In this document: one piece after another, positions 25,498-35,256 of the stretch
Numbering within the stretch: position 1 is the first letter of the stretch
How the letters are laid out: each line of letters starts with the position of its first letter
Virus record (IMG/VR): IMGVR_UViG_3300029786_000322
Source: a virus
Strand: one strand, 5' to 3'
Length of the DNA stretch: 64,000 nucleotides
Position numbers and translations under genes: made by a program
The notes under the pieces: generated by a model
The model's database searches: none
Seen by the model: the letters and a program-made list of their open reading frames with translations, nothing else
What the model was told of the DNA's origin: nothing

Positions 25498-26145
25498 ATG
25501 TCAAAAACAAAAGGAATATCAAAAAAGAAAGATATATTAAAGGTATTTTGGAATGAGTGTGCAGTATTTAAGGTAGTTGTTTGTATTCTTGCGTATGTGA
25601 TACTCGGCTTTATCAATATACCAATTAACAGGTGGCTTACATTTCATGTACCTAAATGGTCAGATGGGAAACTACATGATATAACAGGATCATTTTTTGT
25701 TCTTCCTATCCTTGAAGTATTAGCGGTCACTTTAATTTATCTTATCGCTAATGGATGCTTTTATTTCATCAGCAAGATGATCGCGTACAGGAATTACTGT
25801 TACATTCCGCTTACGGAAGATGAAATTAAAGGAAAGAAATTTAAGAATGCAAATGAGTATTTTTCCTATGTCCTCAATGTCCTTTCCTATGGTTTTAAGA
25901 ATGAAAAAGAAAATCTCCAGGTTAGTGATGATGATCTTCGAGAAATGCTTATAACTTGTCTGATTGTATTCCCTGATAATGGGACAATATTTCAGATAAA
26001 ACCAGAAACTGCGTGGAATGTTTCAGACGACATCCTTTTCTCCGAAGCCGTTGAATTGAATTGCGGAAAAGCAGAAATAATTGATAAGCATGTTGTATTG
26101 TCTGGTGATAATAGAAACGGCAAAAGAGAAGAATATACAGTGTGA
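25498..26145 (+). CDS. membrane protein with two N-terminal TM helices, array-linked paralog family (copy 2)
   Basis: Paralog of 4152-4799. RBS AAAGGAGAAAAGTACATG. Starts 16 nt after the terminal degenerate repeat. Confidence 0.7.
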   Translation: MSKTKGISKKKDILKVFWNECAVFKVVVCILAYVILGFINIPINRWLTFHVPKWSDGKLHDITGSFFVLPILEVLAVTLIYLIANGCFYFISKMIAYRNYCYIPLTEDEIKGKKFKNANEYFSYVLNVLSYGFKNEKENLQVSDDDLREMLITCLIVFPDNGTIFQIKPETAWNVSDDILFSEAVELNCGKAEIIDKHVVLSGDNRNGKREEYTV

Positions 26146-26196
26146 AAGTTGATAGGTCCTCATTCGAATTTTTTATCAAATTATGGAGGAATGGCA

Positions 26197-26721
26197 ATGG
26201 AAACAATAAGAGATTACGAAGCAATGGTATACGTACTTGAACATAACCGGAAAAGTGCCGGAACAGGTGAAAATATCAGTTGGAAGAAAATATCATATGA
26301 AAAGTTAAGTAAAGAGATGAAAAGCTATACCGGACGGATTAAGCGTATGCTTGGAGAACTTATATTAAACGGACGGATAGAGATTAAAACAGAACGTCCT
26401 TTTGTTTACCGTGTTCTTATTAAATCCGTGTTTACAGAAGAAGAATTTAAGGAATACCAGGATACCCGTCTTCTTGGAAAATTCCATGACTCATTATCAA
26501 AATTAACTGATACTGTGGAAACTGCTTCCGAAACAGTACAAGCTGTTTGGCGTCCAAGTGAAGCTATGCAGAAACGCCAGACGGGTGCGGGGAATACGTT
26601 TGTGTATAGCAAAGGGAATTCTTTAAGCGTGCATGAGAGTTTTGAACGGTCAAAACAGAACCGGGAATACCGGCCGGCAGGAGAAAAGGCAGGAAAGAGA
26701 AAAGCTGTAACGATATGGTAA
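26197..26721 (+). CDS. hypothetical protein (possible DNA-binding regulator)
   Basis: GGAGGA RBS with 6-nt spacing to the second ATG. Confidence 0.45.
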   Translation: METIRDYEAMVYVLEHNRKSAGTGENISWKKISYEKLSKEMKSYTGRIKRMLGELILNGRIEIKTERPFVYRVLIKSVFTEEEFKEYQDTRLLGKFHDSLSKLTDTVETASETVQAVWRPSEAMQKRQTGAGNTFVYSKGNSLSVHESFERSKQNREYRPAGEKAGKRKAVTIW

Positions 26722-26749
26722 TTAAAAAGTAGGAAGGAAGTGAAGCGGA

Positions 26750-27214
26750 ATGTATGGTCTTATTATTAAGAAAAAATGGTTGGATTTAATCATGAGCGGG
26801 CAGAAGACTCTGGAGATCCGCGGAAGCAGGACTTCCCATGCAGGAGAAGAGATTGCGCTTCTCGAAAGCGGATCACAGAAGATCCGTGGTTTTTGTACGA
26901 TTAAAGAAGTAACGGCCTTGGATAAAGGAAAATGGGAAGCACACAGGGATCGCCATTGCGTGGATGTGCCGTGGGAAAATCTTATTAAACGATATAAGAC
27001 GCCATATGCGTGGCACTTATCTTCAATCACACCAACGGAGGAACTTACATATGAGCATCCAAAGGGTGCCGTGATCTGGGTTAACCTGGATCATGTTCCT
27101 GTATTTAAAAAAATGAACAATAAAGGAAGAAATTGTCATGAACAAATCAAGGGAACCAGCTTGCACAAATATTTCATCTCGGGAGGGTTCTATGGAAAAT
27201 ATCATAACTTATAA
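26750..27214 (+). CDS. ASCH-domain (PUA-like) protein
   Basis: KKKWLDLIMSGQKTLEIRGSRTSH matches the ASCH N-terminal beta-barrel motif. Confidence 0.55.
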   Translation: MYGLIIKKKWLDLIMSGQKTLEIRGSRTSHAGEEIALLESGSQKIRGFCTIKEVTALDKGKWEAHRDRHCVDVPWENLIKRYKTPYAWHLSSITPTEELTYEHPKGAVIWVNLDHVPVFKKMNNKGRNCHEQIKGTSLHKYFISGGFYGKYHNL

Positions 27215-27596
27215 AACGACAAACTTATTTTCAACACCAGATCTGGTTTCTCTTTTCACATCTGTTGGATGGGTTAATGAAAGTGCAGAATATCCTAATC
27301 GATTGGAAAATGCAATGTATCATTCAGATATTGTTTTTAGCGCATGGGACGGAGATAAGCTTGTTGGTTTATTAAGTACCATAAGTGATACAATGCATGT
27401 TTATATAACATATCTTCTAGTCGATCCATCTTATCAAAATAGAAAGATAGGTACTAAATTGTTAAATATGTTTGAAAAACATTATGTTAATTACAAAAAA
27501 GAACTTAAAACGGAGAAAGCATCAGATTATTATAAACGCTTTGGGTGGCATTCGGATTCTGTGGGGATGGTTAAGAATGATCTTCCCCCTTTATGA
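27192..27596 (+). CDS. GNAT-family N-acetyltransferase
   Basis: GGGAGGG RBS. Motif A QNRKIGTKLL plus YYKRFGW. Confidence 0.65.
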   Translation: MENIITYKTTNLFSTPDLVSLFTSVGWVNESAEYPNRLENAMYHSDIVFSAWDGDKLVGLLSTISDTMHVYITYLLVDPSYQNRKIGTKLLNMFEKHYVNYKKELKTEKASDYYKRFGWHSDSVGMVKNDLPPL

Positions 27597-27751
27597 TTAT
27601 TGATTCTTAACAAATGCACCAATTGCGAAGTAGAAGGAGACGCAAATGTCATATATGAGTGAGTGGATTTATTCCGAAGAAGATGCATATTTTATTATTT
27701 TAGCAGTTGCTGATATTGTAACAGGGATTTCAACACTTGGAGGTTTTAACC

Positions 27752-28177
27752 ATGAATAACGTTGTATTGATAATTATAGCTATTGCCACAACATTTGTAA
27801 TTGATAAAGTATTTGATGATGTTCTAAGTCCTGCTGCAAAGTTTATTGTGACATTGTTGACGATATTGTTTTTCGTTTTTATTTATGTTTTTGGACAGTA
27901 TGCAGCGGGTTCTGCCACTGCTGAACTACACAAATTTGTAGAACAACTTGATACGGAACAGCAGAATCAGGTAGTTGAGACAGAAAAACAAGCTAATCCA
28001 AAAAAGCAAACAAGAAAAGAGCAGGAAGAGAAATTACATAAACTTGCCGCATCTGGTAAAGCGAAGATTGTAATAGATGGTGAACCGACAAGTGATGAGT
28101 TTGATATTGATGGCATTAAATTAAAAGATTATGATATCAAATTTAAGAATGGAAAAGTCTATTTGATATCAAAATAG
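27752..28177 (+). CDS. membrane protein. C-terminal domain is paralogous to 37364-37699
   Basis: GGAGG RBS. Two TM helices. C-terminal DIDGIKLKDYDIKFKNGKVYLISK matches DIDINGINLDRYNIKIKEGKIYLIDK. Confidence 0.5.
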   Translation: MNNVVLIIIAIATTFVIDKVFDDVLSPAAKFIVTLLTILFFVFIYVFGQYAAGSATAELHKFVEQLDTEQQNQVVETEKQANPKKQTRKEQEEKLHKLAASGKAKIVIDGEPTSDEFDIDGIKLKDYDIKFKNGKVYLISK

Positions 28178-28414
28178 GAAGCTATTACTATGTATTTCAT
28201 TACTCTTATCTAAGTTTTGTTAGAATTAAAGAGGTTTGTCATGCTTATTGTTTTGAGCGTCATTATAGTATTTATGGGTAATTCAGAATGGGTATCCTGC
28301 AAGAATTGTAATAGAAAAATCTGAGGCTATTAATTCATTATTCTTTCCTAAAAATACAGAAGCCAAAGATTAGATTATTCTTGCAAAAATGCATTTAAGG
28401 AGGAACAAATTTTA

Positions 28415-28903
28415 ATGAATACGTTGGAAAATTTAGAAATGGTATTGTTTGACTTTGATGATACGCTGTGTATACATAGTCATCGCTCAGATTCTTATGA
28501 GGAACTGATGGAATATTTGTCATATATTCATTCAGGTGAAACATTTCCAAAATCATGGAATAAATCAAAACCGAATTTGCAGTTAAAGAAATTCATGGAT
28601 TATCTTGCTTATAAGAATATCCCTATGGGTTTAATTAGCGGAGTGCGTGATTGTAAGACTGCGGAAAGAAAGATCAAATGGGTTAAAGAAAATTACGGTT
28701 ACTTACTGGAAAATTACTGTGTATCCAGTCAGGAACAGAAGATTATTGAACTTAAGGTCCTTGCAAAGGTTAACAGGCTTCATGAAAACCAGATTGCTAT
28801 TATCGACGATTTATATCCCAATCTTGAAAAAGCAGAAAGTGAAGGTTTCGTTGCTCTTTCCCCAATGCAGGTTGTCAATTTATTTAATGAAATATCTAAA
28901 TAG
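28415..28903 (+). CDS. HAD-superfamily phosphatase (nucleotidase-like)
   Basis: Motif I LFDFDDTL (DxDxT). AAGGAGG RBS. Confidence 0.7.
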   Translation: MNTLENLEMVLFDFDDTLCIHSHRSDSYEELMEYLSYIHSGETFPKSWNKSKPNLQLKKFMDYLAYKNIPMGLISGVRDCKTAERKIKWVKENYGYLLENYCVSSQEQKIIELKVLAKVNRLHENQIAIIDDLYPNLEKAESEGFVALSPMQVVNLFNEISK

Positions 28904-29092
28904 AGACCTACTGATACTGCCGAGATTGCACAAGATTACGATTTTCCATTGCAGGATATGTGAGAGATAATTTGTTGAATTAGAGGTGATTATATTGGAT
29001 TTATTTGGAAGAGATTTATGGACCCAAGCAGATGAAGATTTTTTAGGTAGAAAGTGTTATTTGTTGCAAAGTACGGTTGGAAGGGGATTTTA

Positions 29093-30088
29093 ATGAATAA
29101 GTTGGAAAATTTAAAAATGGTGCTGTTTGACTTTGATGATACATTGGCTGTGCATAGTCAAGGACATCGCATAAGCGATCATCTGATGAAATATATGATA
29201 AACGTGCATTCTGGAAGTAAAGAATTATGGAATACCTCGAAACCGAATTTACAATTAAAGAAATTCATGGATTATCTCGCCTGTAAGAACATTTCTATGG
29301 GATTGATTAGTGGAGTACATGATTGTAAAGCCGCGGAAAGAAAAATCGAATGGGTCAAAGAAAACTATGGGTATTCATTAGAGAATTATTGTGTATCCAG
29401 TCAAGAACAGAAGATGATTGAATTATCAACCATTGCAGAGGTTAATGGATTTCATGAAAGCCAGATTGCTCTTGTTGATGACTACTATGAAAATCTCGGA
29501 AATGCTGAAAAAATGGGATTTACAACATTTTCTCCTATGGAAATTGTTAATTTGGTTAATTGCTTTCAAAATACAGATTTGGAAAAAATGTTGATCAGCC
29601 CTGATCCTGGGTGGGGGATAAATTTACGAAATAAATACATATTCTGGGATATAGACGGCACTTTAGCGGAATACCGGTTTAACGGGCATGTTTCAGATCC
29701 GGAAGGTACTGATAACGGTATGAGTTTAAAAGAAATTGAGGATGGGGTTTTTCTCAAGAGAAAACCATCTTATCATATGCAGATGGTATTGTCTACATGT
29801 GGCGCGAAGCAGAACATTGTAATGGGGCACTGCCAGGTACAGAAAGAAATGGATGATAAACAGCTCTGGCTGGACAAGTATTATCCAAGTATCACAGAAC
29901 GTTTACTTGTGTCGGAAGATAAATCGAAAGCAGATACCATTTTGCAATACTGTAAGGATCATGATATTAGCTTGCAAGATGTGGTATTTGTTGATGACAC
30001 GATTCCATTTCTCCGCGAAGCAGAGCGAAAAGGGATTAAATCATTTCATATCAGCAGTTTTTTGGATTGGGATTTCGAAAGGAGGTAA
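29093..30088 (+). CDS. tandem HAD-domain phosphatase
   Basis: The N-terminal domain is paralogous to 28415-28903 (LFDFDDTL). A second DxDGT motif sits at IFWDIDGTLAEY. Start taken at MNKLENLK. Confidence 0.7.
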   Translation: MNKLENLKMVLFDFDDTLAVHSQGHRISDHLMKYMINVHSGSKELWNTSKPNLQLKKFMDYLACKNISMGLISGVHDCKAAERKIEWVKENYGYSLENYCVSSQEQKMIELSTIAEVNGFHESQIALVDDYYENLGNAEKMGFTTFSPMEIVNLVNCFQNTDLEKMLISPDPGWGINLRNKYIFWDIDGTLAEYRFNGHVSDPEGTDNGMSLKEIEDGVFLKRKPSYHMQMVLSTCGAKQNIVMGHCQVQKEMDDKQLWLDKYYPSITERLLVSEDKSKADTILQYCKDHDISLQDVVFVDDTIPFLREAERKGIKSFHISSFLDWDFERR

Positions 30089-30092
30089 CATA

Positions 30093-31160
30093 ATGGATTT
30101 ATGTATTGACTACAACTTGTTGTTTGCAGAATTAAAGAAACATGGTTTCTGCCTTGGTTTTTCAACAATTGAGAATGTTGCGCTTTCAAAGGATCAGGTG
30201 GATTACTGGCATCGTGGCAATTTCATTTGTTGTGTAAAATCAAAGGGATTAATTGCAACTTATGTATGCTTTATTACTGGTGATGAATTGAAAGATGAAT
30301 TCTCTACTTATAAGAGTGTTCATGAGTATTTGAATTTCACAGATACTATAGAAGCTCAGCGGAGACCATCAATCATTAAAGCATTTGAAAACGTTTTATT
30401 TGCCAGTTATTCTGATGCAGTTGCTAAATATAATCAGATGCTTGCTGTTTTTCCAAAATTTACACCAGCATTTAAAGAATTGTTTGCAGAAGAAATGGAT
30501 GCTCTTGCAGTATCTAATACGTCAATTCAGGTTAAACCTGATTTGTCTAAAATTTATATAAATAAAGAGCATGAATATTGTTACATCTCAGCTGTTACAC
30601 CGGATAGTGTTTGTGTTAACCGGCTCACCGCTGTATCTTTTGAAAAAGAGCTGGATTATCGTGAATTGCAGCAATACACTGCCGTTCCAGAAGTTTTTGA
30701 CGAATTACGTTCACTTCTGTTAACAGTATTACACGGTCTTTCTTCTGTTATCAAGATAAATAATCTGCCTGAAGATAACAGTGTTTCTTTGAAATATTAT
30801 AATGAAACCGATGAATTCCGTGATACAAGATATACTGCAGTTGGTCAAAATTTCGAATTGATACTTATCAATATGCTTGGTGCTTCCTGTTATTTGAGTG
30901 ATAAGTCTCGTACACATGATTCAGATAATAAGTGTCACGCATACGATATTGCTGATGTTTTTTCAGCAAATGCTAAAGCCAAACGTATTCATGATTTTCT
31001 TGTAAAACTCATGAAAGAGTTTGCGCCTATTTTAGCAGGTGACCTGGCATTGCGGAAGCAGCTTTTCGATTATTTGTATACACTTGAGGATGGTGATAAT
31101 TCCGTTAATGCGCAGCAACCAGGGTTGCCAGATAATACGGATTCTTTGCCTCATAAATAG
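30093..31160 (+). CDS. hypothetical protein, 355 aa
   Basis: AGGAGGTAACATAATG RBS. The track ORF 29853-31160 has a spurious N-terminal extension overlapping the previous gene. Confidence 0.6.
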   Translation: MDLCIDYNLLFAELKKHGFCLGFSTIENVALSKDQVDYWHRGNFICCVKSKGLIATYVCFITGDELKDEFSTYKSVHEYLNFTDTIEAQRRPSIIKAFENVLFASYSDAVAKYNQMLAVFPKFTPAFKELFAEEMDALAVSNTSIQVKPDLSKIYINKEHEYCYISAVTPDSVCVNRLTAVSFEKELDYRELQQYTAVPEVFDELRSLLLTVLHGLSSVIKINNLPEDNSVSLKYYNETDEFRDTRYTAVGQNFELILINMLGASCYLSDKSRTHDSDNKCHAYDIADVFSANAKAKRIHDFLVKLMKEFAPILAGDLALRKQLFDYLYTLEDGDNSVNAQQPGLPDNTDSLPHK

Positions 31161-31188
31161 GAAGAAAAAGGAGGAAAATAATTGCGAT

Positions 31189-31971
31189 ATGTATACTAAA
31201 ATATATGCTATTTTTACGACAGTGGTTAAATATTTTATTCTGGCGTGTGGTATATCCTTATTACTATTTTTCTTTTATGATAATGAATTAGAACCAACAA
31301 AAGACAATATTAAATGTGTAGTTAGCATAATATATATGAATTTATTAACTGCAGTAGTAATTACATATTTATTTAAAAAATTAATTGGTAGTATTAAGGA
31401 AGACGTTGTAAATGCAAAGCCGTATGGAAAAGCGCAAATAGGAAATAAAGAAAAAACGTATGAGAATATAAGAGAAATAATTACTGTTCACGAAGCAGGT
31501 CATGCAGTAATGTCTTATTTAAAAAATGCAGATACAATTATTGTGAATGCTTCTCTTTGCGAACCCAATGTAGTATCGGGATATGATAGCGTAGTAAATG
31601 CAGAAGTTGTGAAAAGCATGATACTTATTAAATACGCAGGAGCAATAGCAGAAGAATTAATATTTGGACATTATGATGCAGGTTCTTTTCTCGGATCTAA
31701 TTCAGATTTTAAAAATGCGACGGAATTAATTAAGGGCTACATTACTATGATTGATCCAGAACGGAGCAAAACACTATTAGATGACGAACTGAAAGATCAA
31801 CTTATAGATATATCAAAAACTTTTTATCAAGAATGCAAAGAATTACTTAGCTGTAATATAAAATTAGTTGAACATTTATCTAATGTATTGACATACAAAG
31901 AAAGATTAACCACAGAAGAAGTACTTGAGATAATAAATGCTTTCAAGGAGAGCAAAGAAATAAATACTTAA
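31189..31971 (+). CDS. membrane-anchored M41 (FtsH-like) zinc metalloprotease domain protein with no AAA module
   Basis: Two N-terminal TM helices. TVHEAGHAVMSY is the FtsH HEAGH zinc-binding motif. Downstream helical region resembles the FtsH peptidase domain. Confidence 0.65.
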   Translation: MYTKIYAIFTTVVKYFILACGISLLLFFFYDNELEPTKDNIKCVVSIIYMNLLTAVVITYLFKKLIGSIKEDVVNAKPYGKAQIGNKEKTYENIREIITVHEAGHAVMSYLKNADTIIVNASLCEPNVVSGYDSVVNAEVVKSMILIKYAGAIAEELIFGHYDAGSFLGSNSDFKNATELIKGYITMIDPERSKTLLDDELKDQLIDISKTFYQECKELLSCNIKLVEHLSNVLTYKERLTTEEVLEIINAFKESKEINT

Positions 31972-32131
31972 ATTTTTATCATTTCCGGATGTCACGATTA
32001 TCTGCAATGATTGCCACGGCAGAGGCTTTGCGGTTGTTGCAGAGAGTATTCGTGAACTGTCCGACAATATAAAGCAGCTGATTGAACAGAACAATAAGGA
32101 TTGAAGATGATATTCTGTATTTAATGTCAAA

Positions 32132-32332
32132 GTGAAAGGAGAATTGTATATGGTTGTTATTATTGGAGCAATAATTGTTTTTTGCCTTTTCATGGGAGTT
32201 ATTCTTATAATTTCCGGATGTCACGATTATAACGAAGCAAACAGAGGAATGGAGATTGGCATTGGTATTTCTCTTATCCTCGCCCCAATTGTTGTTACGT
32301 TGACATATCTGGCTTTTGGAGGTGTGTTGTAA
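32132..32332 (+). CDS. small membrane protein, 66 aa
   Basis: RBS GAAAGGAGAATTGTATATG. Two hydrophobic segments. Confidence 0.45.
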   Translation: MKGELYMVVIIGAIIVFCLFMGVILIISGCHDYNEANRGMEIGIGISLILAPIVVTLTYLAFGGVL

Positions 32333-32524
32333 TTTCTTGCGGAGCAGAGCAGAGGAAGGCTCACCGGGCTCATGACCTGGGTGTCGGATGTTCGATTCCT
32401 TTCTCCGCAATTAATTTTAAAAAAGGGAGGTTATAACATGTTCTAACTGATTAGAAAACATAAACAAGCATTCGTTCAAAAGAAAGATTCGTATGTGAAA
32501 AAAGGATGGGAGGAAAAGAAAATC

Positions 32525-33490
32525 ATGGGAATGGATGTAAACATGCTTGCCTGCGTGCGGGCACTTGCAGAAAACAGAATACAGGATGCGAAGAAATACG
32601 CGGTCTGCTGTTGTGCCAATGACAATACGAAGAAAAATGAGAGCCAAGTCAGAAGATGTAAAAATCTTCTGCTCAACGGTCCAAATATGATCGAGCTGCC
32701 AGCAAATCTTAACGGGCTCCTACGTATGGAAGATGTGTCCAGCTTTCATGCCGAGCGGTACTACCTTGGGAAAACCCAGTGGGATCTTTTTGAAAAGATT
32801 AAACGTGGTGTGGCGGTCACGCTTAAATTAATGGAGTATGGGATTCCCTACAAAAACAGCACCCTCATATACGGCGTGCCCGGCACTGGGAAAACGGAGT
32901 TTGCCAGATATGTGGCGTATTCCCTGGGTATTCCTTATGCATATATTAATTTTTCCTTCCTGATCGACTCATTCATGGGGAATACATCGAAGAATATCCA
33001 GCGTGTGTTTGATTTCTGCAAAGGGCAGAAATGTGTCCTGATGCTTGATGAGATCGACTGTATCGGATTAAAGCGCGGCATAGGAGGAAATGGGGGACCA
33101 GATGGGGAAATATCAAGAACGACCATTTCTCTTATGCAGGCATTGGACGATCTGACAGACGGGCAGATCATCATTGCTGCCACGAACCGGTACGACCTGC
33201 TTGATCCCGCTTTGTCCAGACGGTTCCAGAACCATGTGGAATTCCGTCCATTCAATTTTGAAGAAAACAGGGAGATGATGGAAAAATTCCTGGCGGCAGT
33301 GGACGAGTCTTTGCTGAGTGTTATGGAAATTGTAACGTATGCAAGAGAAAACCATACGCAGGCAGAGGTAACCGGGCATCTCATTGAAGTACTGACGCGC
33401 AAGGTATCGCAGGAAGTGGATGTGGAAGCGGCGCTGGAAGCACTAAAAAGTGGGAATGGAAGAACAGATGACTGGGAAAAGCTTTTCTAA
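32525..33490 (+). CDS. AAA+ ATPase of the FtsH/Cdc48 clade
   Basis: Walker A GVPGTGKTEF, Walker B VLMLDEID, sensor/second region IIIAATNRYDLLDPALSRRF. GGGAGG RBS. Confidence 0.75.
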   Translation: MGMDVNMLACVRALAENRIQDAKKYAVCCCANDNTKKNESQVRRCKNLLLNGPNMIELPANLNGLLRMEDVSSFHAERYYLGKTQWDLFEKIKRGVAVTLKLMEYGIPYKNSTLIYGVPGTGKTEFARYVAYSLGIPYAYINFSFLIDSFMGNTSKNIQRVFDFCKGQKCVLMLDEIDCIGLKRGIGGNGGPDGEISRTTISLMQALDDLTDGQIIIAATNRYDLLDPALSRRFQNHVEFRPFNFEENREMMEKFLAAVDESLLSVMEIVTYARENHTQAEVTGHLIEVLTRKVSQEVDVEAALEALKSGNGRTDDWEKLF

Positions 33491-33520
33491 CCGGTATTAA
33501 TGGCAATAAGGAGGAAAATC

Positions 33521-34444
33521 ATGGACAATCAGATTAACATTAAATATATGTTCACTGTGATCGGTGGAGGCTGGGAGCGTGTATCGAGGGCGTATTTTAT
33601 TGCTGATGATAGGGTTTATTTTTTAAATAAGTTTTCACCAGATGATTTAAAAATGTTGGAGAATCATTTTGATGATATCACAGCTACACTTGCTTCCGTG
33701 AATTTTGATACAACCGGGCTGGATTTTGTGAATCATGGCACGAATGTAGGGTTTGATATGCCGACAATTACCATGTACCGGTATGAGGATGGGAAATACA
33801 AAAAATTGTGGTCAGAAGGGGATTATCGAAATTCAGAAGCTGTCGATACAATCCAGAGCATTTTTCAGGATTCCGGCTACCTGGCAAAAGGGGGAAACCC
33901 GGTCTGCAAATACCGCTACTTCATGAGTGGGATGTTTTACCCGACTGACGGAAACGAATACGAGATCAATATTCCATCTCCAGTGATACATGACTCTGAA
34001 GAAGAAGCTATGGCTGATGGAAACTTTGGTTACCGCTTTATACAGATAGATAGATCGGTTGGACCGGTAATCGTTATATTTGAAAATGAAAATTTCAAAG
34101 TCACAACTGATGAAAAAGGTCAGTCCTGTTTAGAACAATGGGTTGAAGGGAAAATCGTCGGTACTTATACGTTTGAACAATTCAAAAAATCGGGCGGATA
34201 CATTCGAATGCTTAAACCGGAATGCAAAGGGAGAGGTTTCATTGATGGAAATACCGATTTTGTTCCAACGGAGAAAACGTTTGCGGACATATTCCCGGAT
34301 ATTCAGCCGCAAAAGCTTTATTACATTGATAACGAAGCATATTGGATTGGTGAATTAAAGAGAAATAAGGAAGAAACTCCGGATGGAAAGCCGAAGCTGT
34401 ATACCGGGGATATTAACGAGCTGATCAAGAAGTTCCAAAAGTAA
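33521..34444 (+). CDS. hypothetical protein, 307 aa
   Basis: AAGGAGG RBS. The C-terminal 22 aa and the downstream hairpin are shared with 48041-48427. Confidence 0.55.
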   Translation: MDNQINIKYMFTVIGGGWERVSRAYFIADDRVYFLNKFSPDDLKMLENHFDDITATLASVNFDTTGLDFVNHGTNVGFDMPTITMYRYEDGKYKKLWSEGDYRNSEAVDTIQSIFQDSGYLAKGGNPVCKYRYFMSGMFYPTDGNEYEINIPSPVIHDSEEEAMADGNFGYRFIQIDRSVGPVIVIFENENFKVTTDEKGQSCLEQWVEGKIVGTYTFEQFKKSGGYIRMLKPECKGRGFIDGNTDFVPTEKTFADIFPDIQPQKLYYIDNEAYWIGELKRNKEETPDGKPKLYTGDINELIKKFQK

Positions 34445-34515
34445 TCAGATCCGCAAAGTTGCCTCATGCCGGGGCAGTTTCTTATCGTCAAATACGGATA
34501 CACAGAGGTTTAAAT

Positions 34516-35256
34516 ATGTTGGAAAAATACAGTTATGAATTGTGGAATGGAAATTGTCTGGAATTAATGAAATCTATTCCTGATAAATCAATAGATATGA
34601 TTTTATGTGATCTGCCATATGGGACAACTAAGTGCAAATGGGATATCGTAATACCATTTAAACCAATGTGGGATCAATATAGTCGTATTGCAAAAGATAA
34701 TGCTGCAATCGTATTGTTTGGACAGGAGCCATTTTCTTCTTTATTAAGGGTAAGCAATATCAGCGATTACAAGTATGATATTTACTGGGAAAAAGAGCGG
34801 TTAACAAATATTAATCAGGTTAAACGGAGAGTTGGGAAAACTGTAGAGACAATATCTGTATTTTATAAAAAACAATGTACATATAATCCTCAAATGGTTA
34901 AGCATGAAGGGAAACTAAGGAAAAACAGGGTAAAAAATGGTAAACTCGGAAAACTTACAGATGAAAATGAAAAAAAAGTAATTGAGTATAATGATACTGG
35001 GTGGCGTTACCCTACGCAAGTTTGGAAATTCCAAAGAGATTGTCTGACTTCAAATTTGCATCCAACCCAAAAACCATTGCTTTTATGTGAGACACTTGTC
35101 AAAACATTTTCCAATGAAGGCGATATTGTCCTGGATAATTGTATGGGGTCTGGAACAGTTGGTGTAGCATGCAAACTTCTAAACCGTAAATTTATTGGTA
35201 TAGAACTTGAAGAGAACTATTTCAAAATTGCAAAGGAAAGGATTAGCCAAAATTGA
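34516..35256 (+). CDS. DNA N6-adenine / N4-cytosine methyltransferase (beta class)
   Basis: DLPYG (DPPY-type catalytic motif) comes early. The SAM-binding FxGSG motif comes late (NCMGSGTVGVA). Confidence 0.7.
   Translation: MLEKYSYELWNGNCLELMKSIPDKSIDMILCDLPYGTTKCKWDIVIPFKPMWDQYSRIAKDNAAIVLFGQEPFSSLLRVSNISDYKYDIYWEKERLTNINQVKRRVGKTVETISVFYKKQCTYNPQMVKHEGKLRKNRVKNGKLGKLTDENEKKVIEYNDTGWRYPTQVWKFQRDCLTSNLHPTQKPLLLCETLVKTFSNEGDIVLDNCMGSGTVGVACKLLNRKFIGIELEENYFKIAKERISQN

Noticed and set aside
29853-31160. Track ORF start at 29853, and similar long N-terminal extensions of 5671, 9841, 26149, 31039, 32495 and 34459
   Set aside because: The extensions overlap upstream genes or promoter and terminator elements and lack an RBS. 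Internal ATGs with GGAGG-type RBSs were used instead.
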